A DNA stretch of 64,000 nt, taken from NCBI RefSeq assembly GCF_026571515.1, contig NW_026858824.1:248001-312000 (forward strand). The letters are read 5' to 3'. The stretch comes from Ruditapes philippinarum (Eukaryota). The translations under genes were made by a program, and so were the position numbers. Shown here piece after piece: positions 48,601 through 60,466 of this stretch. Every line of letters begins with the position of its first letter. The stretch's first letter is position 1. The notes beneath the pieces are model-generated. The model did no database searches. It was not told where the DNA came from and was given only the letters and a program-made list of their open reading frames with translations.

Positions 48601-51600
48601 GGCAGAGTTATCCAACTTGTCAATCTGATGTACCTTGTTACTTTAAATAAGTATTGTAAGTTTCAATTGAATATCTGAAGTAATAATTGAGATATTTGAC
48701 TTTACAAAAAACTTACACCAACGCAGACGCCGACGCGGACGCTGACGCAGACGACGGGGCGACTACAATAGCTCTCATATTCTTCGAATAGTCGAGCTAA
48801 AAAACACTGATATTTTTTAAGTGGTAGTTAATGGATATCTGACCAAAAGGAAAATAAAAAAAATCCCTATCCAGTGAAAATTCCTCTGCTGAGGGTAGTA
48901 ACCCACTTCCCAAAAATTTGATTGAGGGCCCTGCATTGCTCTGTAACCCTGAGAAATCCGAAAATGAATTTCAATATAGTTGGTTCAGAACTGTTCACTA
49001 TACAGTCTGTGTGAAAGTCTGTCGGTCCTCGGACCTCACCAACTAAAAATCAGGAGGGCCGAGATAAATTTCTATACAGTCAGTCCTCATGTCACAATAA
49101 AATTTCAGCCAGTTTGAAAATTTTTGGCCTTCTGAAATATGCAAAACTTCCAAGATCGATCTTTTTTTTTCCATTTTTGCTTGTATTCACAGACCCAGAT
49201 AACCAAAATCACCGCAAGATACAACCAGTTTTTGCTAAGTAATGTAAGCCACCATCTTGTCTTGGATAATTTCCTTACCAAAACATATTTTGTCTCCAAC
49301 CTTTGAAAGATGTATCGTTTTCTTGTGAATTAAACTAAAGTTTTATATATTATGTTTTTGTATATTTTTTTCATAGTATCTGATAGTTAAGTCTGATAAT
49401 TCATATTTTCTAAATATTTTTGTTTATAATTATGGCAACATCCCTCCCCCACCCCTACAAAAAAATACCTTTCAGAGTCCGGGCCGGGAAAAAATCATCA
49501 GGGCCGGAAATAAATCTAAGGATCCCAGTCCTTGTGGCCGGAAAAAAATTTTGACTTTCGCATTGACTGCACTATATTGGACAGAAGATGTGTAAGCGGC
49601 CAGATACCTCAGTCAGTAGAGCTGCAGAAGGGTGTTCCGAGGATATCAGGTTCGAGTCCTGGTCAGGCTGCATATTTTTTCTCCCCCTGTGACAGCAGTA
49701 ACTAACATTGATATATATAAATTGTACCACCAAATTAATATACTTTACTTTACTTTATCCAGCGTAGGGTCGCGAGATCAGAAATCTCTTATAACCCCCT
49801 CGAGGTCTGACACCCAATGATTATTATCCGGTATAACAGTATATAATTTGTTTTTCATAACCTTATCGAGTCTGTTTTTTAGCGAATTCAGCGTTGGTGA
49901 ACATACTACAGAATTTGGTAATTTATTCCATTCTGGTATTACTCTTAATGAGAAAAAATGTTTTCTTAATTCCTTTTTACATGATTTTATTTTCAACTTC
50001 ATGGAATTTCCTCTGATGTGATAGTTATCAAGTTGTGCTTTTTCAAAAAATACATTATAATCTATATCTTCCTTCCCATTTAATAATTTCCATGCTTGTA
50101 TGATATCACCTCTAAATCTTCTGTAAGCCAAAGTAGGAATTTCCAGAATTTTTAATCTTTCTACATACGATAAATTTCTGATACATTGAACCATTTTTGT
50201 TGCTCTTTTTTGAACTCTTTCGATTGCTTCAATATCTTTTTTAAATCTTGGACTCCAAATAATATTTCCATATTCAAGGTGCGGTCTTATAAGTGTTTTA
50301 TAAAGTTTCCGAAATTGCTTGATATTAACATGCAAGAAGGTATTTCTGACCAATCCAGTTATTTTATTTGCTTTATTGATACAATTACTTATGTGATGTC
50401 GAAATTTCAAATCTTTATCATATAATATACCTAAATCTCTTTCTTCCTCACTAGACCTCAATTGTTTAGTTGTAAAGTCACTTTTCATAAAATATTGATG
50501 TTCCGTGTTATTGTGGCAATCCGGTCAACTCGTCCCCTGGTCAACTCGTCCTCTGGTCAACTCGACACCTTTTTGGTCAACTCGTCCCCTACTTTTGGTC
50601 AACTCGTCCCTAATATGGTCAACTCGTCCCCTACTTTCGATCTCTGTCTTTAAATACTTTCAATACGAAGCCAAATATTTTGTTAAACTTTTTAAACAAA
50701 GAGTGATTGACTGCTTTTTGCAAAAACTTTCTAGCGATATTTCAAACAGTCCATTGTTAAGTAATATATATGTACATTTGCATAACTCATTTGAAATGGC
50801 AAACTACCTGAAAATTCTCCATAACAGAACTTATAGAAATTGCATAGCAAGATTAAGATTATCGTCACATAAACTTCGGATTGAAACAGGTAGATATGGT
50901 GCTAATAGAATACCCCGAGAGGAACGCATATGTCAGCTTTGCGATAGTAATGAAATAGAATATGAATTCTGTAGAATTATGTACTTGTAATTCATTTATG
51001 TTATCACTATAGCAAGTCTATACTTCCCATGATTCTCTGTAACATGTATTTCCGCCTAAATGTATGCAGCTACAGCGCACTTGGAATTAGTGAATTAAAC
51101 AGTCAAGACACACTAGCTACAAATTTAAATGAAATGTTACGTGACAGGATCGTATTTGGGACAAATTCGAACAAAATTAGAGAGAAATTAATAAATCAAG
51201 GAAAGGACTTAACCTTAGAAAAAGCTATTCAAATCTGTCAAAATTATGAATACTCCAGGGAGCAAATGAAAGAAATGAGCCGCGATGACGTACATGCTGT
51301 AACAAACAGACGTGAGTACAGACACCGTGCACCAGCCGCACGTGCAGAAGTTGGTAAAAGTAGACAGAAGCAGTCTAGAAATGGAAAACCCAAGAAGTCG
51401 GCAGTCAGTGGTAAAAAATGTGACAAATGTGGTTATGAACATAATGACAGAGAGTGCCCAGCAAAAGGGAAAAAATGTGACAAATGTGGAAAATTAAATC
51501 ATTTCAAGAGTGTATGCCGTTCAAAAACAGTGCATGACATTGAGGCAAATACGGATTATGACAGTTCCGAAAATTCTGATGTTGATTTCTATGTAAATAC

Positions 51601-54600
51601 GGTAAATAATTCTTTATCTCAAAAAGATCAAGCATTTGCCACTTTAAGCATAGGTCCAAATTGTACCAACATCTTATTTAAAATTGACACAGGTAGTCAG
51701 GTCAATATCTTGCCAGAATCAAAATTCAAAAACCTTGGCATTAAGTACCCCTTAGAACCCTCAAGTGCAAAGCTTTCGTCATATACTGGCAATCGCCTTA
51801 AGGTCAAAGGTACAATTAGGTTACAAGTAACCTGTAAACAAGTCACTATGCCTATTACATTTTATGTTGTAGAAACTACATCCTCACCCCTGTTATCCCT
51901 CCAGGCATCCACTGACCTAAATTTAATCAAGATTGTTTACTCATTAGATAGCCAGGAAATATCTCCTGAGACTGGCTACAAGCCCTCTATTCTCAATGAA
52001 TTTAAACCTGTATTTGATGGTATTGGTTTAATGTCAGGTGAAGTTAAATTACATTTAAAGCCCGACTCTATACCAGTCGTGAACCCACCACGACGGGTTC
52101 CTGTCGCATTAAAAGAGAAATTACGAGAGGAACTTGATCGGATGGAAAAGCTGGAAAAAATTGACAAGGTCAAAAATCCAACTGAATGGGTTAACAATCT
52201 AGTGATTGTAGAGAAACCCAAAACTAAAAAACTTAGGGTATGTCTAGATCCCAAGGCACTAAATGACGCCCTGTACAGACCTCATTACCCTATGAGAACT
52301 TTCGAAGAAGTTACTTCACAACTTGCAGGTGCGAAGTACTTCTCTGTACTTGACGCCACGAGTGGTTATTGGAGCGTGAAATCGTATTCTATCTGAAACT
52401 GGTGTGAAGCCCGATCCTCAAAAGATCAGTGCTATCACTGAAATGCAACCGCCCAATAATAAGGCTGAGCTACAAACATACTTAGGAATGTGCACGTACA
52501 TGTCAAAATTTACATCAAAATTAGCTACGGTCACAGCCCCTCTGCGTGCATTACTTAAGAAAGATGTAGAATTTGAGTGGAAAGATGCACAAAATAAGGC
52601 ATTTCAGGAAGTCAAAACTATTCTGTCATCTGCCCCAGTTCTTGCATACTTTGATCATACGAAGCCAATTACTATACAGTGTGATGCTTCGATGTCTTGG
52701 GTAGGTAGTGTTTTGTTCCAGGACAGGTCAAACAAGCAATTAGCAATGATTCACAGTGTCAGTTGTTAACAGATACTATTTTAAGTGGTTGGCCGGAATC
52801 TAGAGCAAATTGTCCCACCAAAATCCTAGATTTCTGGAATCACAGAGATGAATTGTCCGTGGGAAAAGACCTAATTTTCAGAGGTCAGAAATTACTCATA
52901 CCTCTTTCACTTAGGCAGGAAATGATAAAGGCTGTTCATGTAGGCCATATGGGCGTTGATAAATGCTTACAACGAGCCCGTGATATAATGTTATCCCAAA
53001 CAAATACCTCAGCAACCCCATGTGGCAAGTGTAAACTGATCTTATGAGATAAAGTAATTATTTATCAGAAAATGTGTGAGAATTCGGAAAAATGAAAAGC
53101 ATTCGGACAGTATAAACTAAACTTGACCGATATTTTATTTTGAGAATGTTTATATCATATGTATTTTATTTCATTATAAAAATGTAGACCCTTATACTTG
53201 TTAACATCTTCATAATTATAATGACTCTGTCTTCTTAATAATTTCATTTTATTGTTATGATTTATCTAACTTTATAAGTTAAGAAATTTTAGGCATACAT
53301 AATAATTCAATATTTTTAATTTCAAAACAAAGGAGATGTAGAATTATGTACTTGTAATTCATTTATGTTATCACTATAGCAAGTCTATACTTCCCATGAT
53401 TCTCTGTAACATGTATTCCCGCCTAAATGTATGCAGCTACAGCGCACTTGGAATTAGTAAATTAAACAGTCAAGACACACTTTGTGTTAGTTGTTTATAC
53501 AATGACTTAGATGTCATTATAATATTATAGACTATTGTCTATACAAAGTACCAAATATTACAAATTCCATTTTATATGTGTTTGTAATAGTTACTCTAAT
53601 ATACGTTCTCTTTACATTAAGCAATTCTACTACAGAAGACCAAGTATGTTCAAATTGATTGAATTATTAAGTACTGAAAAGAAATCTGAATTAATAGGTT
53701 TAGGTAAATATTTGTATTATGCTACAAAACATCGAATTGAACTACTAAATGCTCTGTAAATCAATGTATAAATTTGTCTCGTTGTATTTAAAAGTGATAT
53801 TGTTTATTTCTTGAAATTACTTGATAATGTGTCTAGTATGAAACATTGTTAAATGGAATCTTATCACAGCTAGCATATGATTAAGTTTAAAATCCATTTT
53901 TTTATATCTTTAAGAATGTAAACGCTTTATAATAGATTAGCTCACTTTAGTACTAAATGGTGTTAACGTTCATTCTCCAAAAATATGTAAATTGAAAATT
54001 TGTGCTACAACTTTGTTCATGTACCAAGATATTGTGTTTAATTGTACTATATAAATGTGTGTAATATGACTATGTACTGNNNNNNNNNNNNNNNNNNNNN
54101 NNNNNNNNNNNNNNNNNNNNNNNNNNNNNNNNNNNNNNNNNNNNNNNNNNNNNNNNNNNNNNNNNNNNNNNNNNNNNNNNNNNNNNNNNNNNNNNNNNNN
54201 NNNNNNNNNNNNNNNNNNNNNNNNNNNNNNNNNNNNNNNNNNNNNNNNNNNNNNNNNNNNNNNNNNNNNNNNNNNNNNNNNNNNNNNNNNNNNNNAATAA
54301 TTAATGATCTTTATCTAAGCGCACGTGCATAGCTTTGAAAGTTTGATGTCAAACTACAAAGACAGGTAAGTTTACAAACATTCAATTAATGTTTAATTAA
54401 TCGGAGTTTTAATGATAATTAAAACTAAAATTAGGTCCAACTCTTTGATTTTTACCGCCTCCCTGAATGGATTAAAGACTGATGACAGATTAACAGAAAT
54501 TAGAAGCGCTAAAAACTTTATGTCGGTGCGTATTGATCTCTTTATAGAAGGATCGTGTTAATTAAATGAAAGTGTGAAAGTGAAAGTAACTATATACATG

Positions 54601-55504
54601 TATGACATAATATTGACAAAAAAGACATACTTTAAGATATTTTATCTTTGCATATAAAACATGTTTTTATACATTAAATGTTATTGCTATTGATCGTCTT
54701 CGTGTTGTTTTTTTTCTGTATGTAATTTAATCAGAATTATGCATATATATCCTTATTATAAGATGAAACTCCAAATATTCGCATACAAAAAGCGTCAAAA
54801 TATGTCCAATTCAGTAATTTTATAATATATTATTTTAACAGTCTATAATGATTTATGAACTATATGAAAAACAAGTAGTAATAAAATATAAGGGACGAGT
54901 TGGGGACGAGTTGACTAGAGGTCGAGTTGTCCAGGGGACGAGTTGACCAAAAAGGTGACGAGTTGACCAGAGGACGAGTTGACCAGAGGACGAGTTGACT
55001 CTGAATCTTATTGTGTCCATAATGAATAACACAGCATTTGTCTACATTAAATTGCATTAACCACTTTTCACTCCATTGTATACAATAGCTCTCTTTTACT
55101 TTATATATTTAGTTTGCCTTAACTTCATCTCATTTTGTTCAATAACATAAGTTAACTGAACTAGTAGTTTGACAAAACCTCTTTCACCTTTCTGATTACC
55201 TGTGAAAAAGTGCCACACCCACTCCTACCTTATATACAGAGTTGACAACAGTGACAAAACAATTAACAACAAAACAATTCTGTTTTGATTTTCAATTAGA
55301 AATAAACATGGATTTATTATTCAAAAATGAAATAATACTTACATTGCAGTCGGTATCGTTGATTTCACTAGGATTTGAAAACAGAAATGCTGACCAGAAA
55401 CAGTAGGCTAGTGACAGACCTGGCAGGCCAACTGTTACAATCGAGTATGTTGCAAATGGAACCAGAAGAAGGTCATCCGAAATCGTCTTTTCTTTCTGTC
55501 CCAT
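42697..55504 (-). CDS. PGAP2: Post-GPI attachment to proteins factor 2-like (Frag1/DRAM/Sfk1 family), 272 aa
   Basis: Exons 55504-55343, 45844-45580, 44659-44553, 44124-44016, 42872-42697; 819 nt in phase. Motifs T.CNV.N.IPSVSA, PQ.YVWR.CIGLH..PRF, S.KENYPLHEKIF, H..YC.PG.FS.F..FEY, NMGYH.T. Confidence 0.93.
42930..43164. mobile_element. Sola-like palindromic MITE (235 bp)
   Basis: Same family; TSD AAAT; spacer in opposite orientation to the 42431 copy. Confidence 0.9.
43767..44001. mobile_element. Sola-like palindromic MITE (235 bp)
   Basis: Same family; TSD ATAT. Confidence 0.9.
45030..45270 (-). mobile_element. tRNA-derived SINE
   Basis: Head TGGCAAAGTGGTTGAGG, body TGCCTGAAATAATGCA..GAGGTCTTCCTCCACCA..GCTGGAAAGTCGC resembling mollusc SINE cores, A-rich tail. 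Confidence 0.7.
47172..48933. mobile_element. hAT-like MITE inside the TRIM internal region
   Basis: TIR C(T/A)GGGCCCTCAAT at both ends; TSD not clean. Confidence 0.55.
47327..48804 (+). mobile_element. HINE/Pearl-like element with ~165-bp core repeats and GACGC(C/A/G/T) microsatellite
   Basis: GCTCGACTATTC / GAATAGTCGAGC inverted pair; cores at 48061, 48227, 48392, 48555. Confidence 0.85.
49003..49569. mobile_element. MITE inserted in TRIM LTR2
   Basis: Imperfect TIR CAGTC..GAAAGTC / GACTTTC..GACTG; 7-bp direct repeat CACTATA on both sides. Confidence 0.75.
50970..53562 (+). mobile_element. Mag-clade Gypsy LTR element with multiple internal deletions
   Basis: Partial 5' LTR 50970-51114, 3' LTR 53337-53562, PPT before 53337, 5-bp TSD AATTC; gag double zinc knuckle, protease KIDTGS, RT N-terminus, RT thumb/RNase H start, integrase zinc-domain fragment. 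Confidence 0.95.
51029..52396 (+). pseudogene. Truncated gag-protease-partial RT ORF that begins inside the 5' LTR
   Basis: LRDRIVFG, CDKCG..H..C..CDKCGKLNHFKSVC, DTGS, LRVCLDP..LN, YFSVLDATSGYW; YxDD core missing. Confidence 0.85.
54080..54295. other. Assembly gap (216 N)
   Basis: Run of N. Confidence 1.
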
Positions 55505-55860
55505 CTCGTTTAAATACTTTTAACCAGATCTTAGCGTTCAATTCAGTAATATTACCTCAAAATAAGAAGCGTTTCACGTTCCCTTCTAACAGGAAAAGTG
55601 CCGAATGTAACCGCAAATTAGATTGGATAAAAACTGTTCCGTAACATCTTGTATAGGTTGAGTACCACTATATAATTTCCTTCAACCCATCACTTTTTCG
55701 AAATATTAAAGTCTGACACATGAGTAAAGAATATAAAACTTTATTATTTTATTATCATGTTATCATCTCGTTTCCTCAAAAAATTTCAATTTGTTGTGTC
55801 GTTGCCACAGACACTCTGAGGAGCTCCAAACGCCTTAAAATCCAAATAAATTGTATATTT

Positions 55861-56095
55861 GAGCCGCGTCACGACAAAACCAACATAGTGTGTTTGCGAC
55901 CAGCATGGATCCAGACCAGCCTGCACATTTGCACAGTCTGATCAGGATCCATGCTGTTCGCTATCAGTTTCTGTACTTGTAATAGGGTCTGTAAGCGAAC
56001 AGCATGGATCCTGATCAGACTGCGCAAATGCGCAGGCTGGTATGGATCCATGCTGGTCGCAAACCCATTATGTTGGTTTTGTCATGACGCGGCTC
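55861..56095. mobile_element. Sola-like palindromic MITE (235 bp) upstream of PGAP2
   Basis: Same family; TSD ATTT. Confidence 0.9.
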
Positions 56096-56526
56096 ATTTG
56101 TCACACATATACTTGTCATATAATTATACCACTAAAACTGAATTTAAGCACATTTGAAAATTAATTATATTTCAAGGTTTATAATATATATTAAAGTAGT
56201 TGAAATGTGATTTTCTTTTCAAAACTGCCTAAATTAGTGTCTGTTGTCACTGCTGAAATTGTTTAGTTTTGTCCGCTGGTGTGTAATACATATAAAAATT
56301 TACAAAAAAATCACTAAAGAATACCCAAAACAGCACAATAGAAAATATTTAAGGTTTGATTTGATTTGGCTTGTGGTTGGATGGAAGTGGTAATTGCAAA
56401 CAAATGCCCCCCCCCCCCCAACACCTCCCGAACCTGCTTTCACAGAATTAAACATTTGATACTTTGAATGTGACATGTTTGTGCCATTCAATAAAAAGCG
56501 CTGTATGATCCTCGTGTGCCCTAAAT

Positions 56527-56681
56527 GAGAATAATAGAATCTATCATTGGGTTAGATAGAGGATAGGGAAATCCCAACCCGAGGGTGATCGGTTCTATCG
56601 GGAACGAGCCTTGGCGAGTTCCCGATGGAACCGATTGCCCGAGGGTGTGGATTTCTAACCCAATGATTGATTATTTTTCTC
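56527..56681 (+). repeat. Long hairpin with two tandem GA/GA mismatches (probable element terminus)
   Basis: GGGAAC-GA-GCC TT GGC-GA-GTTCCC at 56600-56623 and a CCC-GA-GGG pair. Confidence 0.7.
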
Positions 56682-58006
56682 ATTCACCTGGACACAATAA
56701 ATATCAGTGAAACTAGATCTACTTGCTACGCCCTAGTTTTGAAAAGCGGGGCGGGGCTTAGGCACCTGACGTACGTCCACAAAAAATTCTACTAATCAAG
56801 TTTATGTGTGGATAATTCAATGAAAATAAATAATGAGATCCCTCATAAAATAGCAAGGTTATCATGATAAAACACATCAATATTAAAGTGGGAAAGTGTC
56901 ATAATATAAGTGTTTATAAGGAATTCAGTCCAAACTTAAATGGTTGCCAAAAAGCGTTTACCGTTTGCAAAGATTTATTCGTTTATTTTGGCCGAATATT
57001 CAATTAAAATATATCAAAATGAGATTTGTCATCAAGAAACATCGTTATCACAACAGAAATTCAGGAAAAGTGTCATAATATCCGATTTTACGAAGAATTT
57101 TGCAATATTTTAAAGTGTGCAATTTTTAGTAACAGGTCAATATTGAAAAGGGTGGACCTAGGTAGAGTAGGACTCATCAATCTATTTGGGTTCCGTGGAC
57201 CATTAAACAGATTAGCTCACACATTTTTAATACATTTTGACCTTTTGACGTTTCCTTTTTTTAAAAAATAGGAGTGAATCGCGTATGTGTAGGAATACGT
57301 TTTTAGAAGTGATGCACGTTGAGTGTGAGATAAGCCCATGTGAGATAAGATTTTCCGACACCGCTATTTTTAGTAACATTTACGAATTTTTCTATCTGGT
57401 TGATGAGAAAATAATAGGCAGAACTGAAAAAAATGGAATTTAGAACTTGCATCAGGAGCCGGCATATCAAAGACAAATATAAAAAAGGCATATCCTATAT
57501 TTATCTCTGAATACTGCCACCCCTCTGGCAATAGTTATATACAGGAAATTAGTGCGTGTCGGATTGTTTGTAAAAGGTGAGGCAGGACATTTATTCTATT
57601 CATGGTTAAAATGTTAATAGTGAAAGAAGATAAAGGATAACAGAGTTTAAGACAAGTACTGCAATCCTACTACTGCCCGTTTGGCCAGGTGGCAATGTAG
57701 CTAGGAAGTTTATTATAATATAATGCCATGTGTGAAGAAAGGGTACTTTCTTGGTAGTCAGAGGAAACCTGTATTTGGCGTAGGGATAAGGGGTGCATAT
57801 GTTTGGTTAAACTATGTAGGGCTTGCATGGACACATGGTTGGAGATTAATTGCAACTACCGTAGATTATGGTATATCTTATATGAATATGATGAGTCTAC
57901 AGTCCAGTCTGCAATGTTTAAAGGATCACCAGCCCAGTTCTTCCTGCATGGCTGTGATACTGATGAGAGGGGTGTAATCCCTTTTTACTTATCGTATTGC
58001 ACTTCT

Positions 58007-58235
58007 CTAGATCATCTCAACTTTGTAAATCTTGGTTTTCGTGTACGGAAACAAAATAGTAGATGCATATTCAGCCTGTGGCAGTATCTGGGACTTGTAT
58101 GCTAGTTCTTTCAATTTCTCATTATTGGTAATTACATTCTTGTTAATAAAGCCAATGGATCTGTTTGTATTGGCAGTTATTCGAAATATATGTGTGATAA
58201 ATTTATCAAATTTTATCTTAAGCGTGATTATTGTT
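58007..58235 (-). mobile_element. Degenerate CR1-group LINE RT C-terminal fragment
   Basis: NRSIGFINKNV..KELAYKSQILPQAEYASTILFPY..KVEMI resembles LGFLRRN..AY..LVRP.LEY.S.VW.P. Confidence 0.65.
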
Positions 58236-58296
58236 TTAGTAGGAATACTGGAACGACTCAAGTAGAAAAAAACATCAAAAGGTCAACAGGTATAAC

Positions 58297-59380
58297 ACAA
58301 GAGTTATTAGAAATGTGTCCATAGGACACGGGTGCCCTAACACGCCACTTCAAATATTTTTTGGTCTACACGTGACACAAGTTGATATCTATAAATCTTT
58401 TACTAAGCCAAGGGCAGAACTTTACAAATACTGAATAAATCCAAGAGCAAACCCTAAGGTGCATAAGTACACATGCTGACCAACATTCTTGTAAACTTTC
58501 AGGTCTACGGTCAAATACTTTTTGAGCTATGCATGAACAAGTTGAAATTGCAAATTAATTCGAAGCCAAGGGCAATAACTAACAAAACTGGAAAAAAACA
58601 CATGCCCCAGGTGCACAGCTTCACAGTGATGTTGATCACTATTCTTTTTTATGTTGTTTGATTCTTACGCAATCACTCAATAAATACATAACACATCATA
58701 ATGGAATGGTTTTTAATAAGTCAAGGGCAATAACTATTCAAATACTGAAAAATCCAAAATCGAACCTCCAGGTGCATAACTTCACATGCTGACCAACGTT
58801 CCTGTTAAGTTTCATGACTATAGGTTTAACACTTTTGAGCTATGCACGAAACAAATTGAAAATTGCAAATTTTTGCTAAGTCAATGCCAATAAATTTGAC
58901 AACACAGAATAAACCCACAAGCGAAACCCAAGTTGCACAAATTCACATGCTGATCAACCTTTCTGTAAGGTTTCATGACCCAAGGTCAAATACTTTTGAG
59001 CTATGTGCGACACACATTGAAAATTGCAAATCACTAAGTCAAGGGCAATAACTTGTGCAAAACAGAATAAATTCACAAGCGAAACCCCAGGTGCACAACT
59101 TCACATGCTGAGCGACATTTTTGTAAAGTTTCATGATTCTAGGTTAAATACATTTTTAGCTATGTGTGACACAAGTTGAAAATTGCAAATTTTTACTAAG
59201 TCAAGGGCAATAAAGTTCTCTACAAATACTGAATAAATCCAAACGCAATTATCAAATAATTTTTGAGGTACATGCGACATAACAAGATAACGGACGGACG
59301 TACGGAACGAAAAAAGGAAGGACGGACGGATGGACGGACAAGGGTAAATCTAAATGTCCTCCCCATAGTAGGGGCATCAA
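58297..59380 (+). mobile_element. HINE/Pearl-like element with six ~158-bp core repeats
   Basis: Head TGTGTCCATAGGACACG hairpin, AAG(T/C)CAAGGGCAATAACT units, GGAC microsatellite, 3' hairpin. Confidence 0.8.
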
Positions 59381-60466
59381 TCGAACCAGGAAAGACACTA
59401 ATTCTAAAGAGTAAATTGTACGGAAATGGACGTGTAGAAATTGACAGGTTTTAGACAATCTTTAGAGATTTTCTGCGGATCTAACCTGCATTTTTGGTTG
59501 ATTTCCGGTTGCTGTCAAATTGAGTTGCAAATTTCCATGCATTTTAACTTTCAAAATGATGGAAATAAACTTAACACGTGTGGATTATACACAGGTAATA
59601 CACAGGACATTCTTCTCAAGTACAGATGTCTATCCGCCAATCTTCAATATTTCATATGCTTCATTTTTTTTTTATCATTCCCCAGTCTTTAAGTCTAAAC
59701 TTTGAAGTGTGTCCGAGCGATGCCAAATGAATTGTATATTTTTCAATCCCAGTACATATACTTCAAGTCTTGTCTTCTTCTCTAAACAAATTTAAATTTT
59801 AACGCATGACAAAATACTTTTTCCTTTTAAAAACCTTTAAAAAAAAAGTTTCTAAAAAAAAGAAAAATTTCCCAAAAAGATGGAAGGATTTTAAAAGTGT
59901 GTAATAGGGGGCAGGTTCAATGAGAATAAATGCTTACACGGAGCCCAAAACGATAAAATTAACGGGAAAAATTCCCTTCAGGGCTCAGTAGTTTTATATA
60001 TAATTTCCCACTTTATAAAGAATGGAACTAAAACAACAACTGGGAAAATAAAATTTTAAATCAATGTTTTTAATTTATAAAAGCCCAAAAATTGAAAAAA
60101 GTATACTAATCAAAATTTATTTTTAAAATTTAAAAAAACAAATTTTTATTTTTTAATTTAAGAAAATTTTTAATATTTTTTATATATTGGGTTTTATAAA
60201 AAAGGGAAAAATTTTTTGTTAAGGATAAGCCAGTTTAATTTTCCCAAGGGCTAAGCCTTGTAGTACTGACCAGAGTAGGTGCAGTACCTAACCTCGCTAA
60301 CATTGCAAAAGTCAGCTTATTTATACAATTCAGTATTCACTACAACAATTTGATTGGTTGAAAATAATATTGTATATACCATGCAATAAGTATGTAAGAT
60401 AGTAACTCATAACTTACAGATTAACTGTTAACTTAGATTACCGTAAATACCCATCCTATTACAAGT

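Larger units (their letters stand above)
46969..49694 (+). mobile_element. Second two-LTR tRNA-containing TRIM, expanded by nested insertions
   Basis: LTR1 46969-47110, PBS TGGCGCCCAACAGGGAAC 47113-47130, internal segment resumes at 48934, LTR2 ends GTGACA at 49694; flanks GTAG/GCAG. Confidence 0.8.
50650..54079 (+). mobile_element. 3' fragment of a second LINE (C-terminal CCHC domain, tentatively RTE-X-like), split by an LTR element
   Basis: RLRLSSHKLRIETGRY..REERICQLC..EYEF (to 50969) continues HFICVCNSYSNIR (from 53568) to the stop at 53759. Confidence 0.8.
50516..55007. mobile_element. Foldback-like DNA element with minisatellite TIRs
   Basis: Tandem GGTCAACTCGTCC units at 50522-50631 and inverted at 54892-54999; 8-bp TSD TTATTGTG at 50508-50515 and 55008-55015. 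Confidence 0.88.
49745..55085 (-). mobile_element. 5'-truncated CR1-type LINE split into 55085-55008 and 50515-49745
   Basis: WSEKWLMQFNVDKCCVIHYG joins HNNTEHQYFMK..EEERDLGI..LYKTLIRPHLEY..IERVQKRATK..FFSLRVIPEWNKLP; 3' (AAAGT)n tail at ~49742-49758. Confidence 0.9.

Noticed and set aside
50522-50631. CRISPR-like array of GGTCAACTCG repeats
   Set aside because: Spacers are only a few nt, there is an inverted partner with TSD, no cas genes, eukaryotic context.
59800-60240. Homopolymer-rich tract as a biological feature
   Set aside because: Resembles low-quality consensus sequence.
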